A DNA stretch of 64,000 nucleotides from the human T2T-CHM13v2.0 reference genome, Homo sapiens. Below the pieces are notes generated by a model. That model was not told the DNA's origin. It made no database searches and was given only the letters and a program-made list of their open reading frames with translations. Positions 1-14,761 of the stretch are shown piece by piece. The position numbers were made by a program, and so were the translations under genes. The DNA lies in assembly GCF_009914755.1 (NCBI RefSeq), contig NC_060929.1. One strand, given 5' to 3'. How positions within the stretch are numbered: position 1 is the stretch's first letter; every line of letters begins with the position of its first letter.

Positions 1-429
1 TGTTTCTTGACGTTAAACCTGACAGTTTCTCAGAAAAACTATTAAAGAGGAAATTTTGGTCTTGGAAATGCTATGATCCAAACATATGACTGGGTCTCAG
101 AGTTAGAACTTGGGTGCTGGGTCTTTTTTCTAGAAGGCACAGTAGTCTTTCTGGGACACCCTCGCAGTCATGCCTCTGAGTTCTTTCCTCTATTCCACTG
201 AGATGGTCGGATCTTCTTAACTAAAACTCAAAAGAAACCTCTGCAACTTTTCGTAAAATTACTATTCAACAAATATTTGCTAGGCACTCCCTTACTGTTT
301 ACATAATCATTCAAATTACAGTGCCAGCCTGCTAAAGTCTTTTTTACATGTTTCAAAACCAAGAGTTCTAAGAAATGAAAAAGAGATATGTCAGAAATGA
401 GAATTCATTAATAATAACTGTATAATTGG

Positions 430-950
430 AAAATGCATAACATATGTACCATTAAAACTGTCGAAACATTTATTGAGCAGCTCCTATGTCTTAGACATCA
501 TAAGGTTCTGGAACAATACAGAAATATATAAAACATGAATTCTGTCCTCGGGAGTTTACAGTGCACAAAGGAGATATACACACACCAAGGTGTAACAAGT
601 CAGATAATCACGAGTAGGGTTAGAAATATAAGCAAAATACTACAGAAACACAAAGGAGGGACAGTGCATCCTCTGTGTGATCAGTGGAGACTATCTGTTG
701 AGTCTTCAGTATAAAGAAAGTAAAGTAATTCAACTTTCAGATTGTAATGGAACCTCCCTGTTTTGAGGGTTAGAAATGTCAAACCATAGACTGACAAAGG
801 CAAGGCAGGGGGAAAGAAAATCCTAAGCCATAAAGCTGAGGGTCCATATACTACATTCAGGCATTTAAAACAATCATACAGAAAGAATGTGGATTTCCTG
901 AGCCTTGTTTGTAGCAGGACTGAGAGGAGTGAATGAACATTCTTAGTGGA
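430..950 (+). mobile_element. L2 (LINE2) relic
   Basis: Contains 'aacatttattgagcagctcctatgtc' and 'tctgtcctcgggagtttacagt', typical of the L2 3' region as read on this strand; boundaries approximate. Confidence 0.55.
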
Positions 951-1949
951 CACATAACACAGTTACTCAGTTTGGCCTTCTTCCGTACTGCTGCTACTAC
1001 ATACAGTGATTTCATTTGCATTAAAGAGAAATTAAATCTCTTCCCTTAGTGTTGAATTGAGACAGAATAGCATGTCATTGCATCTGATGAAAGAATCCTT
1101 ACACACAGGTTTATTAGTGCATAGATAATAGCAATCTTTTATTGCTGCAGTTCCTCTTGAGAGTCTGTATCTGTTAGATTGAATTTAAAAAACTCTAACA
1201 TAGCTGATTGCACAAACAGGCTGAATACTGTTCCAGAGAACCACACAGAAAATTGAAGCCTTCAGAAATTATGCCTGGTATGGTTAGTTGGCTCCTGTGC
1301 CTTTTCCTGGCTGTTTTAGAGTATTGTTCAGAGTTCATCTAAATCATAACTTCAGATTCCTACCGGGAAGAATACTGTCTGCAAAACATCCATGTTTGTG
1401 TGGGATGGCCTGAATCACAGCTTTATAATGAGTATCCCAGACAGTGTTTTCCCCAAAAAAGAAATCTTATTTTTCAAAAGATGATCATTAAGAATGGTTT
1501 CATCTGGTGATAGTCATCTGAACTCAGGCAACCTGACCTTGGCATCCATACCCATCCTTCATGTGTTTCTTAACTTGGGAGCCACAGTGCAAGGTTTGTT
1601 AGGCTCTTTTTGTCTGGGTGATTAAGAATCTGGGAAATGGTGCTGTTGGGAAAGATGAAAGGTTTGTGACAAATGATGGTACAGTATATGGTCCCTTATG
1701 GGAAAATTAAATTGTAAAGTCTTAAATATCCCTTTGAACTTGAAGATTCTGTAATTTGTGTTCAGATATAAAATCCTTAAGGAGGGGAAAGAACAAACAC
1801 TGAATAGAAAAAAGGAGAGCTGAGTTCTTGACTTGGCCTCTGATTAGCCATATGCGCTTGGGCCAATCATTTTACATTGATACCTCTGCTCATTCATTTA
1901 TAAAGCAAAAGTTCTTTTATCTCTGAGATGCTATCATTTTATGTGTAAT

Positions 1950-2210
1950 GAACATTTAATAATTTCTGACATTTATGGAGCAATTTCTACATGCCAGAAG
2001 TTGTTTCAAGTATCTAACATAACTTGCTTTATCTCCATAATGATTTCATGACACAGGTACCTTCCTAAGGTTAACTAACATCTTTGTGTCCCTCCTTGAA
2101 AATAGAAGAAAATATCAGTACCCATATAGCCAGTAGGTGGTAGAACCAAGATTTGAACCCAGGCAGTTTTGGCTTCAGAGTTTATACTCTTAACCACTGT
2201 GTCATACTGC
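1950..2210 (-). mobile_element. MIR SINE relic
   Basis: MIR core-like 'gaaccaagatttgaacccaggcagtttggcttcagagtttatactcttaaccactg'. Confidence 0.6.
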
Positions 2211-2401
2211 CTCATGTAGCCTCCTGTGTAGTCCATTAAAAAGCCCAGTTTCACCCAAAGTGGAGATATCAATGCCATGATATTATTGTTATTATTTATG
2301 TAAATAATATTTGTTTAGTATTACACCATTAAACGAATTCATTAAGCAGCTTCTGTATGCCTAGCACACTGCAAGCCTGTCAGGGAATAAAAATTTATGT
2401 T

Positions 2402-2615
2402 CGCCTGTAATCCTAGCACTTTGGGAGGGAGGATCACTTGAACCCAGGAGTTCAAGACAAGCTTGGACAACATGATGAAACCTTGTCTCAACAGAAACAC
2501 AAAAATTATAGCTGGGCATGATGGTGTGTGCCTATAGTCTCAGCTACTTGGGAGGCTGAGGCGGGAGGATGGCTTGAGCCCAGGAGGAGAAGATTGCAGT
2601 GAGCCGTGATTGTGC
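2402..2615 (+). mobile_element. Alu (AluJ-like), truncated at both ends
   Basis: Alu sequence from 'cgcctgtaatcctagcac' to 'gagccgtgattgtgc'; flanked by AAAAA(T/C)TTATGTTC at 2389-2402 and 2616-2629. Confidence 0.9.
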
Positions 2616-3692
2616 AAAAACTTATGTTCAAGCTTTTAGAGGCACAGTTGATGAAACAAGGCCCACATATTTGAACTAACTAGAGACTATTAGGAAGTAC
2701 CATTTTGTCAAGAAGACAAGTCTAGTATGGTTTTAGACAAAGGCTTGAATGTACTGCAATGCTTGGCAAAGGCCTAATGAAAGAAGATGATAGCTGATCT
2801 CGAAGGGTGGGTACGTTGCATTTAGATTGGCACAGAGTAAGGCATTGCATATGGGCTGTGCTATATAAGTGAAGGCATAGAAACAGGACTGACTATGGCA
2901 AGGAATCTGAAGATGAGTAAACGAATGCTGGGTTTGGTTATAAGCTGGAGACTGCTCAGGGAGAGTATTGGTTGACTAACTTGAGAACCAGAATTGGAAG
3001 GCATGGGAATTTATAGTTTTGAGAAAGTAAAGACAAGTAAAAGTCCAAATACAATATTAGTGGATTTACATAGTCAAGGATGGGAGGTAGACAGCTATTG
3101 TTACATGGACATTATAAGAAGAAGCATTTTATAAACCCATAAACTATATTAAATAAAGTAAAAGTGTGGTGGAAAATGCTGCTGAATATTATTGGAGGAA
3201 GGTCACTTGGCACCCTTCCGCTGAGCATTTTTGATAGAGGAGGTTGTTAGAAATCCAGTGGCAAGGGATTACTGGAGAAAAGGGTATAAACGATAAGGAC
3301 AGGTCTAAGAGCATGAGGAATATGACTGATAAAGGAAGAAGAGAAATGGGACAGGACTGAAAGACTCAAAGTTTTTGAAAGAGACGACATGGTGAATCTA
3401 CACACATATGAGGACAAAATTGGCTATTATGAGTAAAAGTCTGAAGATGCTGGAGAGAAGAAGGATGGGATCCTAGAAATTGCCCTAAGAGTTGAGGCTG
3501 AGATCCGGAGCTTGAGCAGCGGGGCTGGCAGGCATTGAAAATGAGAGACATGCTCTCTTTCTGACACTGGAGGAAGTTTCAAGGGGAACTATGGGATGCT
3601 GAGTAGATAAATCAGTTACCTTCAAATTTCCCTATTACATTAGAAAAAAAATAAAAGTGCCTGAGAGAAAGAGATTGGGGCTTTAAAAAGAC

Positions 3693-4004
<312 letters not shown>

Positions 4005-4719
4005 GGCGGAATAATTTAGAGACTATATCAGGGGTTAATAAAAAGTAAATGGGAGCATTGCTGACAGTCGTAAAGGTCAAATGTAAATTAGTATTAAGGC
4101 GATAAATCAAGGGAGAGCCATGGGCAGGCTAATGATTAGGTGCCTCTTTAAACAGATATTCTTTAAATATTCATTCAGTTTTTTTAAATGGAAATAAAGT
4201 TGGCCCCAGAATGTAACAAGATCAATTTATATTTTACCAATTATTTTAAAAGTTTTATTTGGAAATCCGGATTTTAGTACCACTTAAAAGTTGGTCCTGA
4301 GGATGATAGAAGAGGGATGGTACCCTAGGAGTTGCCCCAGGAATTGAAAGAAGATGAACTCTGTAGCTTCAGCATGATGGGGGCTCAGCCATCCTGACGT
4401 CTAGCTAAATTTGTACAGTTGTGTGGCTTCCTCTAAAGATACTTTGTTACCCAGAAGCATAAAAAGCCAAGTTCATGTATTTGGTAGCTATGTGAAGGTG
4501 ATCAGGCAGTAATATATACTGATAGGGATTCATTTTGCTCCTCCAGCATAGTAAACCTGCTGTCTTTTGTATGAAAAAGAATTAAATGAAACCAAAATGA
4601 GAATATTATAATCTGACATTGTGCTGAATTTATGTTGAGGAAATAGGACAATTATACTTAAAAAATGAGGTTTGTAAAGGGTCCTAGGTGGAAATAAGGA
4701 CCTTATAATGGAAGTAAAT

Positions 4720-5940
4720 AATGGAAATAACGGAAGCCTTATTTCTATACTTCACTCAAAGTGGTAAAACCTAATATACCAATAGACTGTGATGTTAAAT
4801 ATGTATATTATAATACTGAGAGTAGCCACTAAGAGAACTATACAAGTGATATACTCAAAAATACTAAATAAATCAAAATAGTTTTTTTTTTTTTTTTTAA
4901 GTCCAAGTAACCCACAAGAAAGCAAGGGGCCAGCAGGGGAGTGATAGGTTGGAAGTGGGGAGGTAGTCAGAGAGATGAGAAGTTGAGAATAAACAGAAAA
5001 CAGGTAACAAAATGGCAGGCTTAAATCCTAAAATACCAAGACTTATTCTAAATGTAAAGTTGATCTCAATACACCAATTAAAAGACAGAAATTGGCAGAG
5101 TGGATAAAAAACCTAAGCTAAATGTATGCTGTCCCTCAGAAACTTCCTTCAAACATGACATTGGTAGATGGAACCTAAAAGGATGGAAAAGTTATACCAT
5201 GCAAACATTGATCAGGAAAAAAAAAGTAGTATGCGTGTATGTGTGTGTGTGTGTGTATATATGAAGGACATTACATAATGATAAATGGATCAGTCCACAA
5301 GACAACATATTAATCCCAAATGTGTGCACCAAACAACAGTGCTTCAAAATACATGAAGCAAAAACTGATAGAGGTGAAAGAAGAAATAGACAAATCCATA
5401 ATTTTAACTATAACATAAGCTATAGTTATACCCGACACTCAGCAATTGATAGAACTACTGGACAAAAAATAAGCAAAGATATAGATGAATTAAACAACAG
5501 GATCTAATAGACATTTATGGAATGCCCCACCCAGTGACAGCAGAACATACATTATTTTTAAGAGCCTATATAACATTCACCAAAGTAGGCTATTATGAGT
5601 CATAAAGCAAACCTCAACAAAAGTTTTTAATGAAATAATGCAGAATATATTACTTGACTGTGCTGGAATTAAACTAGAAGTCAATAACAGAAAGATAACA
5701 GTAAAATCTCCAAAAACTTGGAAATTAACATACTTCTACGTAATCAGTGGGTCAGAGAGGAAGTGTCAACAGAAAAGAAATATATACAATTGATAATAAA
5801 AATACAACATTTCCTATTAAGAGAATGACAAGAAGCCACAGACTGGGAGAAAAAAATTTGCAAAACATATATCTGTTAAAGGACTTGGGTCCAAAACATA
5901 CAAATAACTCTTAAAACTTACAACAAGAAAACAACCCAAT
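4720..5940 (+). mobile_element. Old L1 (L1M) fragment, ORF2 endonuclease region
   Basis: 'caattaaaagacagaaattggcagagtggataaaaaa' and 'cttcaaaatacatgaagcaaaaactgatagag' resemble the L1 ORF2 N-terminus; degraded. Confidence 0.75.
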
Positions 5941-5982
5941 CATACTGGATTAGGATAGACTGCAAATCCAGTGATTGGTAAC

Positions 5983-6360
5983 TGATATGGTTTGGATTTG
6001 TGTCCCTGCCCAAATCACATGTCGAATTGTAATCCCCACTGTTGGAGGAGGGGCCTAATGGGAGGTGATTGGATCAAGGAGGGATTCCACCCTTACTGTT
6101 CTCATAATAATGAGTTCTCATGAGTCCTGGTTGTTTGAACATGTGTCGCATCTCCCCTTTCTCTCTCTTCCTCCTGCTCCAGCTGTGTGGGACGTGCCTG
6201 CTTTGCCTTCGCCTTCCACCATGATCGTAAGTTTTCTGAGACCCCCTCAGCCATGTTTCCTGTAGAGCCTGTGGAGTTGTGAGTCAATTAAACCTCTTTT
6301 CTTCATAAATTACCCAGTTTCAGGTATTCCTTTGTAGCAATGTGATAACAGCCTAATAAA
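5983..6360 (+). mobile_element. MST-type MaLR solo LTR nested in an MLT1 fragment (about 5941-6410)
   Basis: Runs 'tgatatggtttggatttgtgtccc' to 'gtgagtcaattaaacctcttttcttcataaattacccag...ctaata'; imperfect duplication GGT(A/G)AC; the flanks join into MLT1-like 'tactggattagg...aaatccagtgattggtgaccttataagg'. Confidence 0.85.
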
Positions 6361-6414
6361 GGTGACCTTATAAGGAAAAAGAGACATAGCAACACAGACG
6401 TAGACCCAGACCCA

Positions 6415-6590
6415 AAATTGGTGAAATCTGAATGAACTCTGTGGTTTGTACCAATGTCATTTTCATGATTTTAATATCGTACAATAGTTACAGTAGATGT
6501 TACAATTGGGGGAAACATCCCTGTACATTTATTTTACAACTTCCTGTGAGTCTATACTTAATTGAAATTAGATGTTTTTAAAAAGAATTA
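6415..6590 (+). mobile_element. L1M 3'-end fragment
   Basis: 'gtgaaatctgaatgaactctgtgg...ttacaacttcctgtgagtcta' resembles an old L1 3' UTR. Confidence 0.6.
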
Positions 6591-9234
6591 AAGGTAATGT
6601 AATGGCATGTGATGCAAAAAATGGGCACATGAAATATCCAGAGCATTCAACCAGATGGCAGCTAAAAATGTGGACCATCTGCCTTCATGGAACTTTGTAT
6701 TTCGGACATCTTTTCATCAGCAAGACCATGCCATTTAAATGTTTTCCCAGAAGTGATGCTGAGCTATGTTCAGTGGCCACATGGCTCTCTAGAATCAGTA
6801 ACAATGAATAAGGATGGACAGCCGGGAGTAAAGATGCTCTCCAGGAAATCATCTTAGGACTGGGTAACCCCACTACACCCCTGGGATTCAGTCAACCTTG
6901 GAAATCACTGGAATCCTTAATATAAACTACAAACAATCCAGCATTCTCTGTTTGGCTAAAGATACATTTCAAAGTTTTCTTTAAGAAAAAAAAGCAATAT
7001 ATTAAAACGCTTTGTTTGAATATATGTATATTTGCTGGATCAATAGTTCTTACAGCCATATTACTAAAATTAAGGGCTATGGCATAATAAGAATTACTAT
7101 AATTCTAAACCCATTAACAGTTTATAGCTTATCCATTTCTTATACTATCCCTGTGAGGAATAATTATATCAAGCTTTATTTGTTTACACCAAACAGGAAA
7201 AAATAGATGTATTTATTCATATTTCCTCCATTGGATTAGCCAAGTCTACTAGGGAGCAAAAATAGTAAATTCACATGCCTCCTTTTTTTATGGTAGTAAT
7301 TGAAAAAGTTATGGATATGATCCCATTTTCTGAAATGTTTAAAAATGAGTGTATAAAATGATCTTATTTTCAGAACTTAAGTCATTATGTGTATTGTTTA
7401 TAGGGAGTTATATTACTTTTCCAGATTAATAGGCTGCCATCGATAATGAAGAACAAATAAATCCTGCCTTGTGAAATGCTGCCATTTTAAAATTTGCCTG
7501 AGGAAAGATTCATTATTGGAGGATTCTTTGCTTTATACATAAATCGCTTTAAACAGCAAAGTCTCCTAGCATTTAAAAATAGTCCATATATAAAAATTCT
7601 CTCAATCCACAATCATGTCAGTTGTGTAAAATGAGATATATCTGGTCTGATACCTCAGTTTATGGAAATTCCTCTTGAAATGTCAGTCATTACTCACATC
7701 AGTGCTTTAAATGCCATCTTAGCAAACTAAAAGAAATTAGCGTACATTTTGAGTAATGGAAGTGAGTTAGGAAGAGGAAAGAACAGGGTCCAATGAGTTT
7801 GAAATGGTGTTTACAGTTGGGTATTGTTCATAGCTTTTGGAACTGTCTTGCTTCCCCTATTCATCAAGGTGCTGAGGCAACAACATTAAAATCAACCCAA
7901 GAAGTATACTGAGTAGGTATATGGGAGAATGGCATATTAACTTCTTGATAAAATGTCTCAGTATGTAAATACTTATGAATTATTATTAATTTATATTACT
8001 GTACTTACACCATTTGATTACACCTGCATAAAGCTGCATACTCATTTTTACTTCAAATGCAGGAACTAACTCTTATATCCCCCACAGCATTTAGTTGGCA
8101 CATAATAGATGCTTATAGTTGATGGACACAAAACATATTCAACTATTACAAGAACAGAACTTTTATTGCTTCTTCAGTTTCAAATGTCTCAAAGTTACCC
8201 TTTGCTTTTGACCACAAAGTCTACCCCTCCTTATGGTAGTTTCCTCAGGTGTCTGTGTCCTCTCTTTCCATTGCATTTTCTTCTCCCACATCTACCCAGT
8301 AACTGGAGTCTTCCTCCTTTTGCTGCCCCTTGACTACAAGGCATTTCCATCTTTTGGCTTCCTAATATGTCATGCCTTCTGTTATTGCCACCACAGCCTT
8401 CCATTTCCCAGCTCTCATTTCCATCCTAGGGATGGGACAGTAAGGCTGTCATGAATAAGCATAATTTATATGCCTTTTTCTCCATTTGTTGGTATGGATA
8501 ATTAAGTGACCTTCAACTTTCATTCAAGGTTAATCATAGCGCTGAAAACCAAAAGGATAAGATGAGAGTGAGCAAATCAAGTCCAGAGAGGTGTATTTCC
8601 AGTGTGGAACAGTAACTCAGTGTAAATATCCAGGAGAGAGGCTTCCAAGAGAGCGTATGTGTGTGCACTGGTGAGGGGAGGAAGGGTTACGGGCGGGAAT
8701 TGTGGTAGAAGCTTCCTGAGGCCAAAGAAAACATTCCCAGAGGGTCTCTATTTTAAAGAAAAGATTTTCTTTCTCTGATTTTTTTTATATGTAGATGTCT
8801 TCATTATATATTTGGACCTGTTTTTAAAACAGCTTAGTTTTAGATTTATTCTTCGAGATAACTTGTACCTATGGACATCACCAACAGCTTACAAAAATTA
8901 GACCAGTTGACTCTCAATAAGACTTCTCACCTGATCCATGAGCATCATCTCTTTATTTGGATTTCATAAGCCAGATGATATCTTAAAATTGGCAAATATA
9001 ATTACAACTCCGTTGAACATATTTTTCTCCAGAAAATGTTTTGAGTACAAAAACGACATCTAGAGGTGACTGTCAATATATCTTTTCTTTGCACGTACTA
9101 CATATTTGTTGCCGTGTTTTAGAAATATTTTAGAAGTTTGGGTAACAGAACCGGCAGTGGCATTTATTGAATTCTTCCTCACAATAACTGAAGGGATAGT
9201 ATTATACTCGTTTTGCAGATATAACCCTTTCAAT

Positions 9235-9670
9235 CCAACTAATATTTATTAAGTTTACTAAATGCTGGCACCAGTGATACCAAGATCAATCAGATGTAGC
9301 TCTTGTTACTGAATGGCGTACATGGAGGAGATAAACACAGTAACGTCCACTCTTGTGTGGTGAGTGCTGTTGGAGATTAATTAAGTGTTATGAGGTTATA
9401 GAAGAGGAATTATTCACCCATCTGCAGAGGGCTTGGGGATGAAACAGTGTCAGTGAAGCACTCCTGGAGGAGGTGTACCAGGGGAGGTGTTCCAGACAGA
9501 AAACAGCTGAAGTAAAAACATGGAATAGAGCAATAGTATATTGTGGTCTGAGAACTACGTATAATTCAACATTTCAGGAGGGTAAAGTGAGCGGTAGATA
9601 ATGATGAGAAATAAGACTGCAGGCACAGTCAGAGGCCTATTTACCCACACAAAGGAATTTGGAGTTGGAG
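9235..9670 (+). mobile_element. L2 relic
   Basis: 'aatatttattaagtttactaaatgctggcac' followed by 'ggaggtgttccagacagaaaacagc', typical of L2. Confidence 0.5.
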
Positions 9671-12559
9671 GCACCAAGGGTAAATATCTTGTTTCAAAAA
9701 GTGATTACATGAGGATTTTTGCCCAGTTCTGTTTGTCTCCAAAGCCATGATTTTTACATTAAACCATATTTACTTCATAGACATTCTTCAAATTAACCAT
9801 TTACCAAAGATGTAAATAAGTTATAAGAAGAAAAACAATACTAATTTGGAAGATAATAAAAGCATTATTTGGAAAAAGCCAGTGTAGTATCTCTATTTTC
9901 AATTTGAACTTTGAGTCCAATGATTAGACATTTTCTAGTCCCATATTTTATACCATACCATGCAGTCTGCTTTTGTTAACTATCATTAATAGTGAAATGA
10001 CAAACTGACCAGCATCTAATACTGGGGTTACACTGGTGGGTACCCTACAACAGGCGTTTTGTTCTTTGGTATCTAACCACTACCTTCAGTAGCTGCCTGA
10101 CAAAGATGTGAATCTGAGGCCACACTACCTCAAGGGCACCTCTACCAAGACACATCTGCTGGGCCTAATGAAAACAGAGGTTTCTCCTAGCCCTAGCATT
10201 GGAGACTGACATACCCTCAATGGATGTCAGGGGAGACCCAGTCACTAAGGATGACTCTCCTGCCCCTAACCCATTAGCATGTCCCAAAAAGAAACAGGAG
10301 ACCAAAGACCTTTGCCTTGTATAACAGTCATGCTGCCTCGGAAAAGCTGGGAAGTCCCCTCCCAGTGACCCCCATGCTCTATCCTAATGTGAACGATGTT
10401 CATGCTTTTTCATCAAATCTTTTAAATAGAAAGGGTGCAGAGAAAGTCAACTGTAATCACTTGGTGCAGAGTGCAGGGAGAGAGAGCATTTCATATTCAA
10501 GAAGAAATTGTCCAAGCAGTAAATGGCATTGTGGTGAGTCCTGTAATTGGAGATAGTAGAGAAACACTGGACAGCTGAGGAAACTCCAGAAGGGAGAAAA
10601 AAAAAAAAAAAAAGGAAAACCTAAGAACAAAATAAAAGAGTCTAAAATTTACACAGAATCAGAAAAAGACTTCTGAACAAAATAGCATTGATGGTGCTGG
10701 GAAACTTAATTAGTGCATACCCCTTACAGCAGGAGGTGGGTAGAGGAACTGTTATGTTAACGAAAGATCATTTGAAAAAAAAAAAAACAAAAACATGTTG
10801 TCTTTCTCTTTAAAATTTTAACTAAATTCCCTGATTCTTAACAGAACAGGGAATATACATTTTTCACTAAGGAACAAGTGTGTTTTCTTAAAATTCCATA
10901 TTATGATCTGTTACAGGTGAGTGGGTGGCAAGTAGAATATTGTGGTTAACTCCTGGGATGGAGAAAGGGTAGGGGAATCGATATTATTAAGAGAGGGATA
11001 TAGGAGAGGCTTCAGTAATTTGCAGTTTGAATACTGCAAACTTAAGTAGTAGGAACTAATGTTTCTGGAGTTATTCCTTATACCTTTATAAATGCCTAAA
11101 TACTACAAACATTTCATAAACTTTTAAAAGTGAATTGGAGATTCGGGCAATATTTAGGGAAATGAGAGGGCGCAAGAAAGAGATCAGAGGGGCAGAGGAT
11201 GAGAAGAAGAGGAGAAGTAAGTAGGGAGAGAGAGAAAAAGGGAAGGAATGGTTTTGAACCTAGTGAGCTTTTGGAAGGGTTAGGTTAGAGGTCACATCAT
11301 GCTGTTTTCCTTATCAATTCTTACCCTGATTGAGTAGCTCTCTACCTGTTTCTCACCAAATGGTTCAAGCAGCTGCCATGGTATTCTCATCTCTACTTCC
11401 CAGCCACAAAACAGCTCCAGCCAACATAAAGCAGTTCTTCCAGTAGAAAAAAGAAAAAAAGAGCACCTGCAATTCCCTCAAGAAGAAAAGAACAAAAACA
11501 ATGAGTATATATGTATGAATGAACCTAAAGCAGCTCTAAACTACTCCCCTTTGGGGACAGAAGCAGATGCCTTCGCCAAATTCAAAATGAAATCCCATAT
11601 CTCTGAAGACCCCCTTCTTATGTTACTGTATAATTTACATGCAAGTTGTCTGCATAGTTAATCGTCCTCTATAGCATCTGGTATTTATCATCAAAAGCCG
11701 CTTGTTGAGAGGTTCTGGAGAAGCTCTTCATGTATCCCGGGTTTTAAACATTTTTCTACAAGTCTGTTTCTTTAAAATTAAAAGTGTAGCTGAGCACAGC
11801 GAGGATCTGGTAGTAAGTAGTAGGGAGGGTCATTCATACTTGGGATGTTGCTAATGTGACCTGCATGATTCAGGGCCAGAGAGGTGAATGAAGATAAAGG
11901 GAACTAAGCGTTACAGCCAAAAGGGTTCTGAAAATCTCCTAGTCAGATTCCTCAGTTTCCACATTTGACAGTAGCTTTCGCAGGGAACCCCATCCACCAT
12001 GACTGAGCTGAAACTAGAAGCCAGGTTTTTCAGGTGTCATTCAGGGTTGATTTAGGGTTTTGGTTTTCTCCTGCAAAATGGAGAAAATGGGAAAATTTTA
12101 GATTATCCATGTTAGAAGGATGATGAATGTGTGTAAATGATATTGTTCAGATTCTGTGAGTGGGACCAGCACCACATTGGACTGGCCTAGGGAAGTCAGG
12201 ATTCTGCCTTCTAGGTAGGTGCTCCCATCTGTTGGTGACCTGGAACATCTCTCTGTGTTCATTCTGGAGATGCAGATCTGGGTCCCGCAGACTCAGACCT
12301 TTGCAGGACACTAGGGTGGCCCCTTGTTGCTTCTCATCTGCTATAGTCTCCTGCCACTGTGGCCTACGGGTTTGATTTAGAAATTCAGGAAAGACTAGAA
12401 GCAAGCAAACAGATAAAAGGTTAGTGAAGTGTTTATCCACTAGAGCAAAGCCACAACTTTTCGTATTATTTAGCTCTTATTATTCTAAATTTTAAATTGT
12501 TTTTTATTGTTTCACTTACCATGTGTAACTTTCACTTTTCAATTACACATGGCAAGTGA

Positions 12560-13027
<468 letters not shown>

Positions 13028-13554
13028 TAGCTCCTTTTGTTAATGTTTATTTTAGTGCCTTAATGCTACTAAACAGAAAATTCAGAAAACATTGTAGATG
13101 TCTTCCTTTTACGCTAATATTCTCCAGCTTTTCATACATTTGCAAAAAGAAATAGATTATGGATTTCTCAAGGTTTAGCCGCTTGTTATTTCCGTGTGTA
13201 ATACAAATAAGCATAGTTAAAGGTTAATTTAATTAGCAAATTTGCAGTTATCTGAATTAAGTGTACTCCAAATTTAGTTTACAAGACCTGACAAGTTTGT
13301 GAATAAGTTAATTCACTTCTAATGTATTTTAATATACCCAAACCACAAAGCATCTTAAACTTTGTAAAAAGAGTGTGCACGGAGGAATGAGCACTAGATG
13401 TGAATTCTAGAGAACTGGGGTCCAGGCTCTGCTGTGTATTGGCCTGAGCAGTTCACTTAACTTCCCTGAGTCTTGGTGTCCTGTTTTGTATAAAGGGGAA
13501 CCTGATCCCTCTTCTGCCTGGCTGGCAGAGCACTGTGAGACTCTGGAGAAATGA

Positions 13555-13915
<361 letters not shown>

Positions 13916-14058
13916 TGTGGCATTGTTTTTAAACTAAAGCATGTATTATAGTTTTCCTGAAAAGTAAAGATTTCCAGAAAAGGAATTGGGAAACTCTTTT
14001 ACCCTCATAGTTATAAAATATGGAGGTTTCCTTCCTCCAGGTTGGTCAGCTTCCCTCT

Positions 14059-14405
14059 TGATATGGTTTGGCTTTGTGTCCCCACCCAAATCTCATTTGA
14101 ATTGTACTCCCATAATTCCCACATGTTGTGGGAGGGACCTGGTAGGAGAATCATGGGGGTGCTTTCCCCTGTACTGTTCTCATGGTAGTGAATAAGTTTC
14201 ACAAGATCTGATAGTTTTATCAGGGATTTCCGCTTTTGTGTCGTCATTCTCTCTTTGCCTGCTGCCATCCATGTAAGAGGAGACTTGCTCCTTTTTGCCT
14301 TCTGCCATGATTGTGAGGCTTCCCCAGCCATGTGGAACTGTAAGTCCAATTAAACCTCTTTGTTTTGTAAATTGCCCATCAGCAGCGTGAAAATGGACTA
14401 ATACA
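14059..14405 (+). mobile_element. THE1-type MaLR solo LTR
   Basis: TG...CA termini ('tgatatggtttggc'...'ctaataca') with a perfect 5-bp TSD CCTCT (14054-14058, 14406-14410). Confidence 0.9.
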
Positions 14406-14602
14406 CCTCTGCTCTAGTTCTTTTTGGAACTAGGCCTCTTCCCTTTGGTTGTCTTGCCACTCACTGTCAGATTGGACACTTCTCCACACTGGACCTCAAC
14501 ATCACCCTGCTGGCAGTCCCACAGGAGTTAAAATGTCTGAAGAGGGAATGGCCCAAAAAGGAGTCTCACTGCCATTGCAAGAGCTGGTTTAGAATAAAGG
14601 GG

Positions 14603-14761
14603 GCAGGGTGGATGATGAAGGATTACTTAATGGGTACAATGTATGTTATTTGAGTGATGGATACTCTAAAAGCCCTGACTTCCCCAATATGCAATCTATG
14701 CATGTAACAAAATTACACTTATACCCCATATATTTATACAAATAAAAAGGAATTTTAAAAA
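14603..14761 (+). mobile_element. 5'-truncated L1 3' end
   Basis: 'aatgggtacaatgtatgttatttgagtgatgg...catgtaacaaaattacactt', AATAAA and A-tail; TSD AGAATAAAGGGG (14591-14602, 14762-14773). Confidence 0.85.
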
